Assembly: GCF_963921235.1 (NCBI RefSeq)
Contig: NC_086109.1
Span: 6,388,001-6,452,000 of the forward strand
Source of the DNA: Mobula hypostoma
Taxonomy: Eukaryota
Direction: 5' to 3'
DNA length: 64,000 bases
Made by a program: the position numbers and the translations under genes. Positions 62,357 through 64,000 of the stretch are shown one piece after another. The first letter of the stretch is position 1. Every line of letters starts with the position of its first letter. The notes under the pieces were generated by a model, which saw nothing but the letters and a program-made list of their open reading frames with translations, did not search any database and was not told the origin of the DNA.

Positions 62357-63832
62357 CAGTCGATTCCAGTTGACTGGGGCACATCTTTTTAAAAAAAACA
62401 CACACACACACAAGAACTAATCAAGAAAACAGCTGGAATTCCCTTTGTTTATTTGGAACACTATGCTGTTTAATTGGGACAGGAGACTTGCTTTAAATAA
62501 ATTTATTTAAATAAATCGCATGCACTTGCATGGCCGTTAACACACTGCACTGTGGTTAGAGCAAACAGTTTTTAAACAGCATCAGTTGCATGTGTTTGTG
62601 TTCAAACAGCAGTGATTTTTGTCATGAATAGTTGGTGAGGGATCAGCAGTAAGACAATTCAGAACTGTTTTTGCTCCCTGCGTTTTCATGCATTCAGGCT
62701 TGGCGATGTCAGTAATGGCCATAAGTGAAAATGAAATGGTTTCACTACTCCCAATGAGTTAGGAACTACAAAGAAGTTGAAGGTATCAACAATCTTGAAT
62801 GGTACAATGAAAATTCGGACAATGCAGTCATCGATAGCACTGTATGAAGGCAATCCATTATCTACACTAGGTGTCAGTGTTGATTTTGTTCATTTATGGT
62901 CAAAGAATAGTTGCAGCATACACTGGAGTGAATTCTTCTGTCAACAAATATTAGGAACCTAGAGTTTTATGGGACTGTATTAATAGTGTGCTAATTTGTT
63001 TGTATTTCATTTCAAGATGGTCTGCATCAAGACTTGCTCCTCTGCTATCAGCTAGTTGCTCGACAGCAGAGGAGCTGGGCTTGGTGCAGACTGTGTTGCT
63101 GCCTGCTACAGAAAGAGTGTCAGAGTTGGTCACAAAGGTGGTCTGCAGTCTGACCGCAAGTGATTATCTTGGACCCTTGCGAGCACAAAACCCTGTTGGA
63201 CATTGGGAATGTAAAATACTGGAAGTCTGGTTCACTGGTTTATTGACATGACTAACAACAGGGAGCTGCATGGCCTCGATTGCAGTAAGGACTGGGCTCA
63301 TGCTGTGGGTGTACATGTTGGAGTCGGCCTGGAGGGGAGATGCTGGAGGCGATGTGACAGTGTCCACGCTGGATTCGGACTGCCCGCCACCCAAAAACAT
63401 AGATCCTCCCTCGTGTTCACTCAGTGGAAGGCAACCTGGATTACATTCATGGGTTCTTTTGCAGACTGCTGAGAACTGCTTGTTCTTGCCAACAACACGT
63501 GTATCATCGGTTTACAGGACGTTTCACTAAGGGACCTAGATTATATTTTTTTTATGTGGCTGTATGGTTACTGCTGTCTGATATGTGTTATGTGCTTTCT
63601 GTTTATGATTGTTGGTATAGTGTTTTACACCTTGGCTCTGGAGTAACACTGTTTCATTTGGCTGTATTTATGAGTGGTTGAACGATAATTAAACTTAAAT
63701 ACATAATTTGTTTCTCAGTCGTTTGTATGCTTTTTTTTCAGTATTTCCATGAAACTTCGGCTAAATAGAGCAGCCGTTTAACTGGGCCAAAGTGTACTGG
63801 TCCCGATGTGTACAATCAACCAGAATATACTG
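62357..63832 (+). mobile_element. Older pogo/Tigger-like non-autonomous element, interrupted at ~63010-63700
   Basis: Degenerate CAGT..ATTC..GTTGA.TG..CACATC inverted ends, TA on the right, TIQNCF-like remnant at ~62654. Confidence 0.55.
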
Positions 63833-63892
63833 TACTTAACTATACAATTCAGATGGGCTGAGTGGCCATTAGTGTTCTGTGGTTCTTTTTGA

Positions 63893-63997
<105 letters not shown>

Positions 63998-64000
63998 TAA

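Overview
Repeat-dense eukaryotic (vertebrate) genomic DNA. The repeat landscape (CR1-type LINEs, V-SINEs, Rex1/Babar LINE ends, Penelope-like elements) is most consistent with a cartilaginous fish; that taxon call is inference. Two host genes sit head-to-head about 28.6 kb apart. The first is coding exon 1 of RASSF5 (long NORE1A-type isoform, minus strand, 23943..23526, GC-rich promoter). The second is coding exons 1 and 2 of proteasome subunit PSMA5 (plus strand, 52563..52591 and 63922..63988). Almost all other ORFs in the track are fragments of retroelements or DNA transposons, or antisense shadows of them. Most notable observations: (i) a minimal hammerhead-ribozyme motif in about a dozen Penelope-like pseudo-LTR copies, many in fold-back pairs, plus a remnant from a second PLE family; (ii) a PSMA5 promoter built from a degenerate ~55-bp GC-box/CCAAT array, with a perfect ARE in intron 1; (iii) a compact NF-kB/RUNX/ETS/AP-1/IRF motif cluster in unique intergenic sequence; (iv) a 126-bp higher-order minisatellite next to the RASSF5 promoter; (v) an unclassified DNA transposon with an apparent 6-bp TSD. 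Repeat boundaries were read by eye and are approximate. No prokaryotic-type systems (CRISPR etc.) were seen.
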